Shown piece by piece: positions 20,365-29,539 of a stretch of DNA of 62,843 nucleotides. The DNA lies in the IMG/VR virus record IMGVR_UViG_3300021963_000042, positions 64,001-126,843 of that record, one strand, 5' to 3'. Source of the DNA: a virus (lineage: Duplodnaviria; Heunggongvirae; Uroviricota; Caudoviricetes). The first letter of the stretch is position 1. The number at the start of each line of letters is the position of its first letter. The notes beneath the pieces are model-generated. The model did not search any database, was not told where the DNA came from, and worked only from the letters and a program-made list of their open reading frames with translations. The position numbers and the translations under genes were made by a program.

Positions 20365-20802
20365 ATGTTTCACAAAAGATTATTTAAACCTATGTTTCCA
20401 GAGAAGTACTCTGGCGATCCAACGAACATCATCATGCGTTCTAGTTGGGAAACACGATTCGCCAGCTGGTGCGATAAAAACCCAGCAGTCATTAAATGGA
20501 AATCCGAGGAAACAGTCGTACCTTATCGCTGCCCCACCGATGATAGAATACATCGCTACTTTGTAGACTTTCAAATTCAAGTCAGAAACAAAGATGGTGG
20601 GTTGAAAACATATTTAGTTGAAGTAAAACCATTCAAACAAACCCTACCTCCAGAGTATCCAGGTAGACAAACCAAAAGGTACATAACCGAGTCTATGACT
20701 TTTATCAAAAATCAGGCTAAATGGAAGGCTGCTACGGAATATGCTAAAGATCGAGGATGGCAATTCAAGATAATTACCGAGCATGAACTTGGGTTAAAGT
20801 GA
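20365..20802 (+). CDS. gp4: Head completion nuclease gp4
   Basis: KYSGDPTNIIMRSSWE..F..WCD.NP....W.SEE..VPY...HRYFVDF...VEVKP..QT; AKW.AA..YA. Confidence 0.9.
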   Translation: MFHKRLFKPMFPEKYSGDPTNIIMRSSWETRFASWCDKNPAVIKWKSEETVVPYRCPTDDRIHRYFVDFQIQVRNKDGGLKTYLVEVKPFKQTLPPEYPGRQTKRYITESMTFIKNQAKWKAATEYAKDRGWQFKIITEHELGLK

Positions 20803-20815
20803 CCTAAATAATTGT

Positions 20816-21430
20816 ATGGCTAACACAACCCCACCTAAAAACCCTTCTTCGCTCAAAGACGTGTTCGAGAAGAACAAGTATTCTCTCGCCGATGCGGCAA
20901 AAAGATCACGCTCTTGGTTCGATCAACAAGCTCTGCTATTAACGAAGCAGGGAATAACACCACCTAAGGTTATGAAGGGTGACGCTTCAGCACTAAAGAG
21001 TACTGTGAGTCCAGGTAAACTCTACATGTACTATTATGACCCTAAGTTAAAGGCTGAGTTACCATATTATGACAAATTCCCTTTGGTGTTTCCATTCAGA
21101 AAACTTGAGGGTGGGTTTCTCGGTTTAAACATGCACTATTTACCGTATGTATTGAGAATTCGCTTGCTGGACAAACTTATGAACTTTGCCAGCAACAAAA
21201 AGATGAACGAAAACACCAGACTCAGATATTCGTGGGCGCTAATTGATGGGGTTTCCAGATATAACGCTGCTATCCCTTGCGTCAAACACTATTTGCTAGA
21301 TCACGTAAAAACTCCCTTCAGAGAAATCCCATCATATGACTGGGCTACAGCAATGTTGCTTCCCGTAGAAAGATTTTCTGGCGCAACTAAAGAAGTTGTT
21401 TGGGCTGAATCAAGAAGAAAAATGGGCTAA
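20816..21430 (+). CDS. gp2: DNA end protector protein gp2
   Basis: GKLYMYYYDPKLK..LPYYDKFPLVFP...GFLGLNMHYLP...CVKHYL; preceded by CTAAATA at 20804-10. Confidence 0.88.
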   Translation: MANTTPPKNPSSLKDVFEKNKYSLADAAKRSRSWFDQQALLLTKQGITPPKVMKGDASALKSTVSPGKLYMYYYDPKLKAELPYYDKFPLVFPFRKLEGGFLGLNMHYLPYVLRIRLLDKLMNFASNKKMNENTRLRYSWALIDGVSRYNAAIPCVKHYLLDHVKTPFREIPSYDWATAMLLPVERFSGATKEVVWAESRRKMG

Positions 21431-21431
21431 T

Positions 21432-21977
21432 ATGGCATCAATATCAAATTTCATTTCAACTGTTAAAAGCGAAGGTCTTGCAAGAACTTCCAGATATACA
21501 GTAAACATAACACAACCAGCATCATTCTCTTATGGAAGTTTAGACCTGAGAGTCGTTACAATGTATTGTTCTGATGTGACTCTTCCAGGAATGACGCTGA
21601 CGACAGCTCAGCTAAGAACTTTCGGTGAATTGAGAGAAACACCATACGATAGAGTTTACGATAATGTCAACATGACGTTTTATGTAGACACTCATATGAC
21701 AGTAAAAGAATATTTTGATAAGTGGATAAATTCCATTCAAGATATTAAAACACGAACTTTCGCTTATTATGAGAAATATACTACACCGATTATTATTGAT
21801 GTTGAAGATATCAATGACATGACAAGATATAGAGTTAAGTTACATGAGTGTTATCCTAAAAATATAGGATCTATTCAGCTGGCGCACGATCAAAAAGATG
21901 TAATGAAACTTCAAGTTTCTATGAATTATAAGTGGTGGGAATTCGAAAGAACAGAAGAAACAGAAGAAGAACAATAA
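21432..21977 (+). CDS. gp54: Baseplate tail-tube initiator gp54 (tail-tube fold)
   Basis: GLARTSRYTV, C.DVTLPG, MTFYVD...YFDKW, L.ECYPKNIGSIQL. Confidence 0.75.
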   Translation: MASISNFISTVKSEGLARTSRYTVNITQPASFSYGSLDLRVVTMYCSDVTLPGMTLTTAQLRTFGELRETPYDRVYDNVNMTFYVDTHMTVKEYFDKWINSIQDIKTRTFAYYEKYTTPIIIDVEDINDMTRYRVKLHECYPKNIGSIQLAHDQKDVMKLQVSMNYKWWEFERTEETEEEQ

Positions 21978-21988
21978 GGAGAAGTAAG

Positions 21989-22426
21989 ATGGCAGAAGAA
22001 GAAGTAAAAGTAGAACCGAAAAAAGACGAAGACTGGATGCAGAAGAAGTGGCGTCCAGCTATGGGCTGGATGTACATGGTTGTTTGTTTCTGTGACATGG
22101 TTCTATTCCCAGTAGCTTGGAGTATTCTACAAGCTGTACTGAAGCAACCAGTAACACAATGGAATCCATTAACTTTACAGGGTGCTGGATTATTCCACCT
22201 TGCAATGGGTGCTGTTCTGGGTATCGCTGCATGGGGTCGCACTCAAGAGAAAGTTGCTGGCGCTGCAAGTAACGCTCCAGTACCAGGAACACCACCTGCT
22301 CCAATGGCACCTACCACGACAGCAATAAATACAACACCAGCACCAGTTCCTCCACGTCCATTACCAACAAGAATGGACAACGATACTGCTGGTGACCCAC
22401 CAACACGAAACACTCGAAACGATTAA
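21989..22426 (+). CDS. Putative holin (GTA 3-TM holin-like)
   Basis: WMQKKWRPAMGWMYMVVC..DMVLFP...GAGLFHLAMGAVLGIAAWGRTQEK; hydrophobic segments plus Pro-rich tail. Confidence 0.6.
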   Translation: MAEEEVKVEPKKDEDWMQKKWRPAMGWMYMVVCFCDMVLFPVAWSILQAVLKQPVTQWNPLTLQGAGLFHLAMGAVLGIAAWGRTQEKVAGAASNAPVPGTPPAPMAPTTTAINTTPAPVPPRPLPTRMDNDTAGDPPTRNTRND

Positions 22427-22427
22427 G

Positions 22428-22847
22428 ATGAAAATTGATGATAGATTATCAGAAGTCTTTGATGTTCCTACTATAACTAAGACCGAAGGTGAAGTGATAG
22501 ATGCGTCTACTGGCGAGATTATTCAAAAACCAGTAGAAAAAATCGAAGATGATTATGACAGAACACGAAATAACTTACACGAGTTACTTGTGAAAGGGCA
22601 GGAAGCTCTGAATCATGCACTAGAAGTTGCAAAACAATCAGAGCATCCTCGTGCGTTTGAGGTAGTTGGAAATTTGATGAAGCAGTTAGCTGACGTGAAT
22701 CAGCAATTGATGGACATTCATCAACAGAAAGCCAAACTTGATGGTCCAGGAAAAGCGGACAAGCAAGTTACAAATAATAACGCTATCTTTGTTGGTAGCA
22801 CAGCTGAGTTGAATAAACTTATTAAAAATATGACTAAAGGAGATTGA
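22428..22847 (+). CDS. gp16: Terminase small subunit gp16-like
   Basis: DYDRTRNNL..L..KG.EAL..AL.VA..SEHPRAFEV...L; NNAIFVGSTAEL. Confidence 0.65.
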   Translation: MKIDDRLSEVFDVPTITKTEGEVIDASTGEIIQKPVEKIEDDYDRTRNNLHELLVKGQEALNHALEVAKQSEHPRAFEVVGNLMKQLADVNQQLMDIHQQKAKLDGPGKADKQVTNNNAIFVGSTAELNKLIKNMTKGD

Positions 22848-22848
22848 T

Positions 22849-23568
22849 GTGGCTTTACCTGTGAATACATCACCAGTATATTCGATGGTTATTCCATCTA
22901 CTGGACAAGAAGTGAAATTTAGACCATTCCTAGTGAAAGACGAGAAAGCTCTGTTGATTGCTCAACAAAGCGAAGACCCAGAAGTAATGGCAGAGACATT
23001 AAAAAATGTTATCAGTTCTTGCATCACGACGCAAATTGATGTTGACAAATTAGCAACATTCGATTTGGAATACATCTTTACGCAAATGCGTGCAAAGTCT
23101 GTAGGTGAAAATGTGGATCTGATGTTCCCATGCGATATCTGCCCAACGGACGATGAGAAAGCTCGTGTTAAAATTAGTTTTGATCTAACTAAAATCAAAG
23201 TCGAGAAAGACGCAGATCATACGAATAAAATTCATCTATTCAATGACGTTGGTGTGGTGATGAAGTACCCAACTATCCAATCAATGAATAGATTTAAAGA
23301 ACTTAACGCTGACAATCTAGACGACTTATTCAAACTTATCGCAGAGTGTGTTGATTACATTTATGATGGCGATGAGATTCACTATGCAAAAGAACAAGCA
23401 TTCAATGACGTTCTTGAGTTTATGAACAACCTGACTTCTGATCAATTCAAGAGTGTTCAAAAATTCTTTGAGACTATGCCGAAATTAAAACAAAATGTGC
23501 AGTACACTTGCCCAGTTTGTCAACATCAACACAATAAAACTCTGGAGGGACTCCAAAGTTTTTTTTAG
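22849..23568 (+). CDS. gp26: Baseplate hub assembly protein gp26
   Basis: LP....P.Y...IPSTGQEVKFRPFLVKDEKALLIA, LATFDLEYIF..MRAKSVGE, FFETMPKL...CPVC..LEGLQSFF. Confidence 0.88.
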   Translation: MALPVNTSPVYSMVIPSTGQEVKFRPFLVKDEKALLIAQQSEDPEVMAETLKNVISSCITTQIDVDKLATFDLEYIFTQMRAKSVGENVDLMFPCDICPTDDEKARVKISFDLTKIKVEKDADHTNKIHLFNDVGVVMKYPTIQSMNRFKELNADNLDDLFKLIAECVDYIYDGDEIHYAKEQAFNDVLEFMNNLTSDQFKSVQKFFETMPKLKQNVQYTCPVCQHQHNKTLEGLQSFF

Positions 23569-23762
23569 TAAACCTTTGTCACGATAGCTTGTTCAATCAT
23601 TATAAAACAAACTTTGCAATGATGCAATATCACAAATACTCTCTCGCAGAACTAGACAATATGATACCATTTGAGAGAGAAGTTTATATTGCCATGTTAG
23701 TGAAGTATCTTGAAGAGGAAAGACAAAGGTTAGAATCATCAAAATCAAGAGGTAGAATGTAA
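23562..23762 (+). CDS. gp51: gp51-like baseplate hub assembly chaperone (missing from ORF track; first ATG 23619, frame open from the gp26 slippery site)
   Basis: Hand translation: FLVNLCHDSLFNHYKTNFAMMQYHKYSLAELDNMIPFEREVYIAMLVKYLEEERQRLES; stop 23760-62 abuts next ATG. Confidence 0.8.
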   Translation, partial: FLVNLCHDSLFNHYKTNFAMMQYHKYSLAELDNMIPFEREVYIAMLVKYLEEERQRLESSKSRGRM

Positions 23763-23763
23763 G

Positions 23764-25854
23764 ATGGCACGACAAGACTATATCGTTCACGTTAGCTCTA
23801 GCGAAATGAAGAAGCTGCTGGAAGTGCAGCAACAGGCGCTGGGTTCTCTAGAATCTATGAGAACGACTCTAGAGAAAGCACAAGAACACGCTGTTGTTAA
23901 TGCTGAACGAATAGAACAGTTTGATAATAGATCTACCAAATTACAAGAAGAGTCTAACGATTTAACTAAGGATCTGTTAAAAACTTCTGAGAAAAGTTTA
24001 GAACAGCGAGGAAGAGAACTAGAAGCTATTACGCAGATGAGTGAATCTGTAAAGACCTTCGACAGCTTCGCCGATAAATTCGATAATTTCACAGACAAAC
24101 TTAAAACGAATTTAGACCCGTCTAACCTTAAAGAGACGATGCTAAAGAAATTTAACTTTGGTGGCGTATTCGACAAGAAGATTGAAGAAGGTAAGTTCAT
24201 CAAGCAGCAAAAAGCATTGGGTAGTGAAAAATCAGATAAAGAACTAAAAGCTGATTTTGAAGAAAGAAATACAGCTGCCAAAGCTATCAAGAAGAATGAA
24301 GCTAAGATTAGCAGCCTTAAAGAATCAACTGGGCTGTCAGAAGAACAACTGAAGAATGCTCCACCAGAATCTGCTGCTGGAAAACTATTTGCTGAAAGAG
24401 CGCAGTTGGCTCAGAAGGTTGAGAAGACTGATATTAGAAGTTCATATGTAACTAACAATACAGAAAAGTCTAATACTGAGAAAGTCAAAGAATCTGAAGT
24501 AATAACAAAGACAACAACACCAGCTGAACCTGTTAAGATTGCTGAAGTTATTAAACCTATTCCAGTTACATTCGCCACACCAGATACTGCTGACCAAAAC
24601 AAACAGCTAAACGTATCTGAAGATGAGATGGAAGCTGCTCGCATGCAGGAAGACCATCTTGATGTTCTTAAGGCGATTGAAAAGAACACACGAACTGGTG
24701 TAACTCCAGGCGCACCAGCCCCAGCTACTTCTAGTAGTGGTGGTGGTTTAATGGGTGGTATTGGATCTGGTCTCAAATCACTTGGTGGTGGTTTGGCTGG
24801 ACTAGGTAAAGGTATCGGTAAAGGTGTTGAAGGATTATTGAAGGGTATCGCTGAAGGTATTAAATCTTTCGGTAACAGTGATGTACTTAAAGGTGCAGCA
24901 ACGATGACAATCCTTGCAACTGCTTTATGGATTACTGGAAAGGCAGTACAAGAGTTCGTTGAAGTTGAGTGGGAAGATATGGCAAAGGCTGGCGTAGCAT
25001 TACTTGGTCTTGCTGGTGTAGCAAAGTTAATGTCTGCAGGTTCAACTGAAATGATAAAGGGAGCAGCTGCTATTGCTGTTCTTGGTGGTGCTCTTTGGGT
25101 TGCTGGTAAAGGATTTGAAGTTTTCGGTGAGATGGATTGGTCAGCTATCGGTAAAGGTTTTGTGGCATTACTAGGACTTGGTGCGGTAGCTGCTGTTCTT
25201 GGTTTAGCTTTACCATTCATTATCCCTGGAGCTATCGCAATCGCTGCATTGGGTGCTGCTCTGATTCCATTTGGTATAGCGTTTAATCTGGCAGGTCCAG
25301 CTATGGAGTCATTCGCTAAAGCCATGACATCATTGTCCGAGCTAGATGGATCTAATTTATTGAAAGTCGGTCCAGCCCTATTAGCTATTGCTGCTGGTAT
25401 GACTGCAATGGGTGCTGCTCAGGCAGCAGCTGGTGTAGGAAACCTTGTTGGTAAATTCTTGTCTTTCGTTTCTGGTCAGAAAACACCAGTTGAACAGATT
25501 ATCGAATTAGGTAAGAATGGTAATAATATTGCTGCAGCTGGAAGTGGTGTTGAGGGTATCGGTAAAGGTTTGATGCAGTTGTCTCAAGTAGACGCTGATA
25601 AAATCAAAGCTATTGCTGCATTACCAACTGAAAAGATCGCAGCGATGGGAGCAGCAATGAGAAGCGCTGGTCCAGTGTACGATCAATCTGGAAAGAATGC
25701 TGGCGCTGCAATCCCAGTACAAGGTGGTGCGCAAGTCATCGCTCCAGTTCAAAACAACGTGTCTGTAAATCAGAATCAAAATCAGATTATCAAATCACCT
25801 GTTCGAAACCAAGACGGAACTGTCGGCGACTATCTAAAAAGTCGTTACGCATAA
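23764..25854 (+). CDS. Tape-measure / baseplate hub gp29-like protein
   Basis: 696 aa; N-terminal coiled coils, Gly/Ala-rich hydrophobic repeats; follows gp26/gp51. Confidence 0.6.
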   Translation: MARQDYIVHVSSSEMKKLLEVQQQALGSLESMRTTLEKAQEHAVVNAERIEQFDNRSTKLQEESNDLTKDLLKTSEKSLEQRGRELEAITQMSESVKTFDSFADKFDNFTDKLKTNLDPSNLKETMLKKFNFGGVFDKKIEEGKFIKQQKALGSEKSDKELKADFEERNTAAKAIKKNEAKISSLKESTGLSEEQLKNAPPESAAGKLFAERAQLAQKVEKTDIRSSYVTNNTEKSNTEKVKESEVITKTTTPAEPVKIAEVIKPIPVTFATPDTADQNKQLNVSEDEMEAARMQEDHLDVLKAIEKNTRTGVTPGAPAPATSSSGGGLMGGIGSGLKSLGGGLAGLGKGIGKGVEGLLKGIAEGIKSFGNSDVLKGAATMTILATALWITGKAVQEFVEVEWEDMAKAGVALLGLAGVAKLMSAGSTEMIKGAAAIAVLGGALWVAGKGFEVFGEMDWSAIGKGFVALLGLGAVAAVLGLALPFIIPGAIAIAALGAALIPFGIAFNLAGPAMESFAKAMTSLSELDGSNLLKVGPALLAIAAGMTAMGAAQAAAGVGNLVGKFLSFVSGQKTPVEQIIELGKNGNNIAAAGSGVEGIGKGLMQLSQVDADKIKAIAALPTEKIAAMGAAMRSAGPVYDQSGKNAGAAIPVQGGAQVIAPVQNNVSVNQNQNQIIKSPVRNQDGTVGDYLKSRYA

Positions 25855-25856
25855 TG

Positions 25857-25883
25857 TGAAAAAGGGGATCTTTCGATCCCCTT
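25857..25883 (-). terminator. Intrinsic terminator between convergent genes
   Basis: 9-bp stem AAGGGGATC/GATCCCCTT, GAAA loop on minus strand, followed by a U run. Confidence 0.8.
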
Positions 25884-25906
25884 AAAACTTCCTGGACAGT
25901 TAGTTT

Positions 25907-26824
25907 TTAATCTTCTTTAGCAATCTTCTCGAAGTATGACATGACATCTTCGTCATCGTCATCCATCTTACTTACTGCTGGCGCTGGTGCAGGTTTAGAA
26001 GGCATCTTAGGTGCAGCAGCAACAGGACGATCTTCTTCTTCAGCAATCTCAGCAGCAGACTTGCTGGCAAAAGAATCACCAGACAATACTTGCTCAAGTT
26101 TCTGCTTCAACTCATCATAAGACTTGAAGTTCTTACGATCCAAGAACTCAGAAAGTTTGTGTTGAGCATTCGCAACACGCAAGATTTCTTCTTCATCACC
26201 ATTAGCGATAGGAGAAGGATCACCGAATGCAGACTCATCATAATTGGTGTAACCATCTTTCTTACGCATACGCAGTTTGAAGTTAGCACCTTCCCAGAAG
26301 TCAAACACGTTGACTGGCTTTTCATCTTCAAAAGTAGGACGTGCTTTGTCCATAATCTTATCAAAGATTTTCTTACCAAACTTAAACAAGAATACCTTGC
26401 CTTCGTTCTCTGGATGTTTTGGGTCAGACACAACAAGAATGTTGGCAGTGAAACTTAGCTTACGCTTTTGTTTACGTGCAATTTCTTTGTTGGCTTCAGA
26501 ACCACTGTTCCACAACTTAGTATTCAACTCACCAACAGGATCGTTTTCACCAAGAGTAGTCAAAGAGTTTTCAATATACCACTTACCAGTAGGTCCTTGA
26601 AAACCATGAGAGAAGATACGAACCCAAGGTAGTTCGTCGCCTTCAACACGTGGGAGGAATCGAATCGTAGCAGTGCCGTTGCCTGCCTTGTCGCCTTCTA
26701 GTTTCCAAAAGCGAGTGTCATTGTATGACTTAGATTCTGATTGGGGATTTGCGATCTTATCAAATTCTCCAGCGATTTTGCCGAAGTCTTGATTGCGCAT
26801 TTTACGGAGTGTTTGAATGTCCAT
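25907..26824 (-). CDS. gp32: Single-stranded DNA-binding protein gp32
   Basis: DTRFWKL..DKAGNG.A.IRFLP...LPWVRIFSHGFQGPTGKWYIENSLTTL; FDFWEGANFKL; acidic C-terminus. Confidence 0.95.
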   Translation of the reverse strand: MDIQTLRKMRNQDFGKIAGEFDKIANPQSESKSYNDTRFWKLEGDKAGNGTATIRFLPRVEGDELPWVRIFSHGFQGPTGKWYIENSLTTLGENDPVGELNTKLWNSGSEANKEIARKQKRKLSFTANILVVSDPKHPENEGKVFLFKFGKKIFDKIMDKARPTFEDEKPVNVFDFWEGANFKLRMRKKDGYTNYDESAFGDPSPIANGDEEEILRVANAQHKLSEFLDRKNFKSYDELKQKLEQVLSGDSFASKSAAEIAEEEDRPVAAAPKMPSKPAPAPAVSKMDDDDEDVMSYFEKIAKED

Positions 26825-26842
26825 TTTGTGTTTCCTTTATAT

Positions 26843-27058
26843 TTACGGAGTATCGTTTGTATTTTTAATATGTTGTATGAAGATTTCATCATGAATCCCA
26901 ACTTCATCATCATAAGGATCATCATATTCTTCTTCAACATATGTATTTAGCGTTTTCATACCGCCAGTTTTTTTACCGTTGGCATGTTTTGCATGTTTAC
27001 CAGATCGCCCACTGGTATCTTCGTCGAAACGAGGATTCTTCTTATAGGTCTTACCCAT
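26843..27058 (-). CDS. Hypothetical protein
   Basis: 71 aa ORF in operon, basic N-terminus and acidic C-terminus. Confidence 0.6.
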   Translation of the reverse strand: MGKTYKKNPRFDEDTSGRSGKHAKHANGKKTGGMKTLNTYVEEEYDDPYDDEVGIHDEIFIQHIKNTNDTP

Positions 27059-27059
27059 T

Positions 27060-27674
27060 TTATAACTCTTTTACTTCTTCCTGAAAAGTGTTAAAGACTT
27101 TCGTCACTTTATCTTTGTCATACTTAACAAAACCCTTCGATTTTTCAATACGACGAATTTCGTTTTCCCACAATAAAAGCATTGATGAATTTTGCTTCCA
27201 GTTTTCAACCACAGGATATAGATCGTCAATGATTCTTACCGTCTCAAGTGTTATCTGTTTCCCGAGGAATAATTTAAGTATACTACAGTAGCCCTTATTT
27301 GTCAAGTCAAAAATACTATCTTCTTTCAACTTATTTTTGCAGGCATCAAGAAGAATTTTATTGCAATCATCGTCAAACACTTTAGTGATGCTTTGCTTCC
27401 TGCGATTCCATTCAAGTAAATTCGTTTCAGCTTCTTCATAAGAATAAACTGCAGCATCATTACCATATGCAAAGGATGCAACGTAGAACTGAATAAGGTC
27501 TTTATCAACAGGATACTTTCGTGCTAACTTCTCAAACATATAGCGATCGTTCCTTGCATAGAACGCTTCACGTGTTCCTTTGATATTTCCTCTATTCTTA
27601 AATACGTCAAAATTGTCTTTGGTGAAATGCAGTTTGATTGCTATGTAATATTTGTATGCTTTAAATCCGTCCAC
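27060..27674 (-). CDS. gp59: Helicase loader gp59
   Basis: FKAYKYYIAIKLHF...FDVFK.RG....F..RND...FEKLARKY; I.LET. Confidence 0.85.
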   Translation of the reverse strand: MDGFKAYKYYIAIKLHFTKDNFDVFKNRGNIKGTREAFYARNDRYMFEKLARKYPVDKDLIQFYVASFAYGNDAAVYSYEEAETNLLEWNRRKQSITKVFDDDCNKILLDACKNKLKEDSIFDLTNKGYCSILKLFLGKQITLETVRIIDDLYPVVENWKQNSSMLLLWENEIRRIEKSKGFVKYDKDKVTKVFNTFQEEVKEL

Positions 27675-27849
27675 TTCGTGCTTTCCTACAGAGTTCTCTC
27701 ATCTCAGTTGTAAAGTCTGGCGATATTTCTGCCCAAGTGCAGTCGATTCGAACAGTTCTTCTTTCTTGTTTAGCAACAACATAAAAGAGAGAACCCATCA
27801 TAATAATATAAACTATCACTGGTAATATCAACCAGAAATTCTTAGACAT
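27661..27849 (-). CDS. Hypothetical membrane protein
   Basis: N-terminal TM helix; overlapping starts/stops. Confidence 0.55.
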   Translation of the reverse strand: MSKNFWLILPVIVYIIMMGSLFYVVAKQERRTVRIDCTWAEISPDFTTEMRELCRKARSGRI

Positions 27850-28057
27850 CTAGTTGTGCTTTCTTCGGTAGATAGTTTAGCTCTTGCATGTTTAGTGCAA
27901 TCTTTTCTTTAAGAGACTTATTGACCAACTTAGCTACGTCGTCTGGCTCAAGAAAGTTTTCTTGACAATAACTCAGTACGGCATCCATGTGGCTCATTTT
28001 CTTTTCATTAACAATCTGCTCTATGTATAGAGAAAATTCGTTTGACGTTTTAAACAT
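27842..28057 (-). CDS. gp33: Late transcription coactivator gp33
   Basis: F...IEQIV.EK.MSHMDAVL.YC.EN.LEPDDVAKLV.KSLKEKI...A..LNYLPK; adjacent to gp59/gp32. Confidence 0.85.
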   Translation of the reverse strand: MFKTSNEFSLYIEQIVNEKKMSHMDAVLSYCQENFLEPDDVAKLVNKSLKEKIALNMQELNYLPKKAQLDV

Positions 28058-28322
28058 AACTGGTGTTTTTCTTTAGGAAATATTCGGCAGCTTTAAGTGC
28101 CTGATTGATATCTGCATACTCTTTAGATTTGGATCGATACAATTTCCAAATCGGTGTATCTGTCTTCTCAGAATCCATTTTTCCACCACACTTCTCAAGA
28201 AACATGCTGAAGAATTTATCCAACTTCATCTTTTCTTTCATGAGGTCAAATAGAATTCCTTGCAGTAAAGCAACATCTCGATTACCACTGGCTTCAACAA
28301 TTTTAGAATATGACGTGTGCAT
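28050..28322 (-). CDS. Hypothetical protein
   Basis: 90 aa ORF in operon. Confidence 0.6.
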   Translation of the reverse strand: MHTSYSKIVEASGNRDVALLQGILFDLMKEKMKLDKFFSMFLEKCGGKMDSEKTDTPIWKLYRSKSKEYADINQALKAAEYFLKKNTSYV

Positions 28323-28330
28323 AATAATAA

Positions 28331-28684
28331 TTAACCTCTTCGCATTTTAGCAATATCAACTGCTTGTTCATCAGAAAATACAGGTACAGCATTCGACTTG
28401 TGCATCGTAGCAATACCCTTGATCAAAGTGCCAGTATAAATTGGTGATTCCTTCTTAGTGCACTGGCCACCACTAAAAGGAAGACTTGGAATCTTAGGCG
28501 TCTCACGACGAGCAGGTCTCCCAAGCGAGTACACATCCTTCAATTCCTGCTTCTCAGTGTTCTTCACAGGACTTTTCGGTGCATACTTCTTAAGCAAGTC
28601 TTGCCAAGACGCATCCAACTCACGTTGCTTGGCATTAGGTTTGCGCTTCTTCGCTTTTTTGAAGGACGTATGAATCATCTGCAT
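28331..28684 (-). CDS. Conserved hypothetical protein of T4-like phages
   Basis: C-terminal YTGTLIKGIATMHKSNAVPVF...A.DIAKMRR. Confidence 0.7.
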   Translation of the reverse strand: MQMIHTSFKKAKKRKPNAKQRELDASWQDLLKKYAPKSPVKNTEKQELKDVYSLGRPARRETPKIPSLPFSGGQCTKKESPIYTGTLIKGIATMHKSNAVPVFSDEQAVDIAKMRRG

Positions 28685-28690
28685 AATATA

Positions 28691-28719
28691 ATTATACCTC
28701 AAAGATGAATTAAAGTAAA
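28691..28719 (-). promoter_or_regulatory. Sigma70-type early promoter
   Basis: TTTACT-17bp-TATAAT; ATG 6 nt downstream of -10. Confidence 0.7.
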
Positions 28720-28720
28720 G

Positions 28721-29050
28721 TTATTTGTAGTAGCAGTAAGTAATTTGACGATGATTGCCGAACTGGTCGACTACTGCAGGGGACTCGCAATATTGTTGAG
28801 GTTGGTATACATTAGCCTGAGGTTGAACAACGACAGGTGGGTTCACATATACAGGCTGGGGTTGCTGAATATAAACAGGCGCAGGTTGTTGATAAACTGC
28901 GACTGGAGGTTTAGATAATTGTTGATATACCCAAAGACCTGCGATGCCAGTCAACGCACCTTGCTCTCGTGCGCCCCAAGCATAAGCAGCAGGTGCATAC
29001 GTACATGATGCTGCAACAAATAAAGACACTAATGCAAGAATTTTTCTCAT
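28721..29050 (-). CDS. Secreted Pro/Gln-rich hypothetical protein
   Basis: Signal-peptide-like MRKILALVSLFVAAS; repeated P.VYxQ.P motifs. Confidence 0.6.
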   Translation of the reverse strand: MRKILALVSLFVAASCTYAPAAYAWGAREQGALTGIAGLWVYQQLSKPPVAVYQQPAPVYIQQPQPVYVNPPVVVQPQANVYQPQQYCESPAVVDQFGNHRQITYCYYK

Positions 29051-29063
29051 TTCGTTCTCCTGA

Positions 29064-29528
29064 TTACCAGCTTGATTGATAGTAAAAATCACACTTCGTA
29101 AACGCTGGATCGTTTAGAATCTTATTTAGACGTTCAGCTGTATGTTTCGCTTCTTGAATATACCAGTCATCATAATTGGTAGAGCCAAAGAAGAAACCAC
29201 CCTGTGTAGGAAGCAACTCTGCGCCCAACTTAGGTTTAGCAACGATCTGTTCGCACAGTTCCATCAGAGACTTCAGCTGTTCACGTCCAACATGATACTC
29301 ACCACAGTCATCAGTACCATCTTGCACGTTATCAACGAACCATTGATGGATAGCATTGGCTTTGCGCCAGTAAGCAACTCGGAAGGTAACTTCCTGAGCA
29401 CCATAGTCGCCATCTTCATCACCTTCGATACCAAACAACTCATTGATGCTTGCAATCTTTTCGCTATCAGCAGCGTCAAAATACTTACTCATGTATTTCT
29501 TAGCCGACAAGTACATATCCAAACCCAT
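29064..29528 (-). CDS. Conserved phage hypothetical protein
   Basis: MGLDMYL...VAYWRKANAIHQWF...LLPTQGGFFFGSTNYD. Confidence 0.75.
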   Translation of the reverse strand: MGLDMYLSAKKYMSKYFDAADSEKIASINELFGIEGDEDGDYGAQEVTFRVAYWRKANAIHQWFVDNVQDGTDDCGEYHVGREQLKSLMELCEQIVAKPKLGAELLPTQGGFFFGSTNYDDWYIQEAKHTAERLNKILNDPAFTKCDFYYQSSW

Positions 29529-29539
29529 AATATATCTCC

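Noticed and set aside
408-25325. Many opposite-strand ORFs over structural genes (e.g. 3003-3434, 7558-7854, 24411-25325)
   Set aside because: They are antisense shadows of strongly biased Gly/Ala/Thr/Val codons, with no RBS or motifs.
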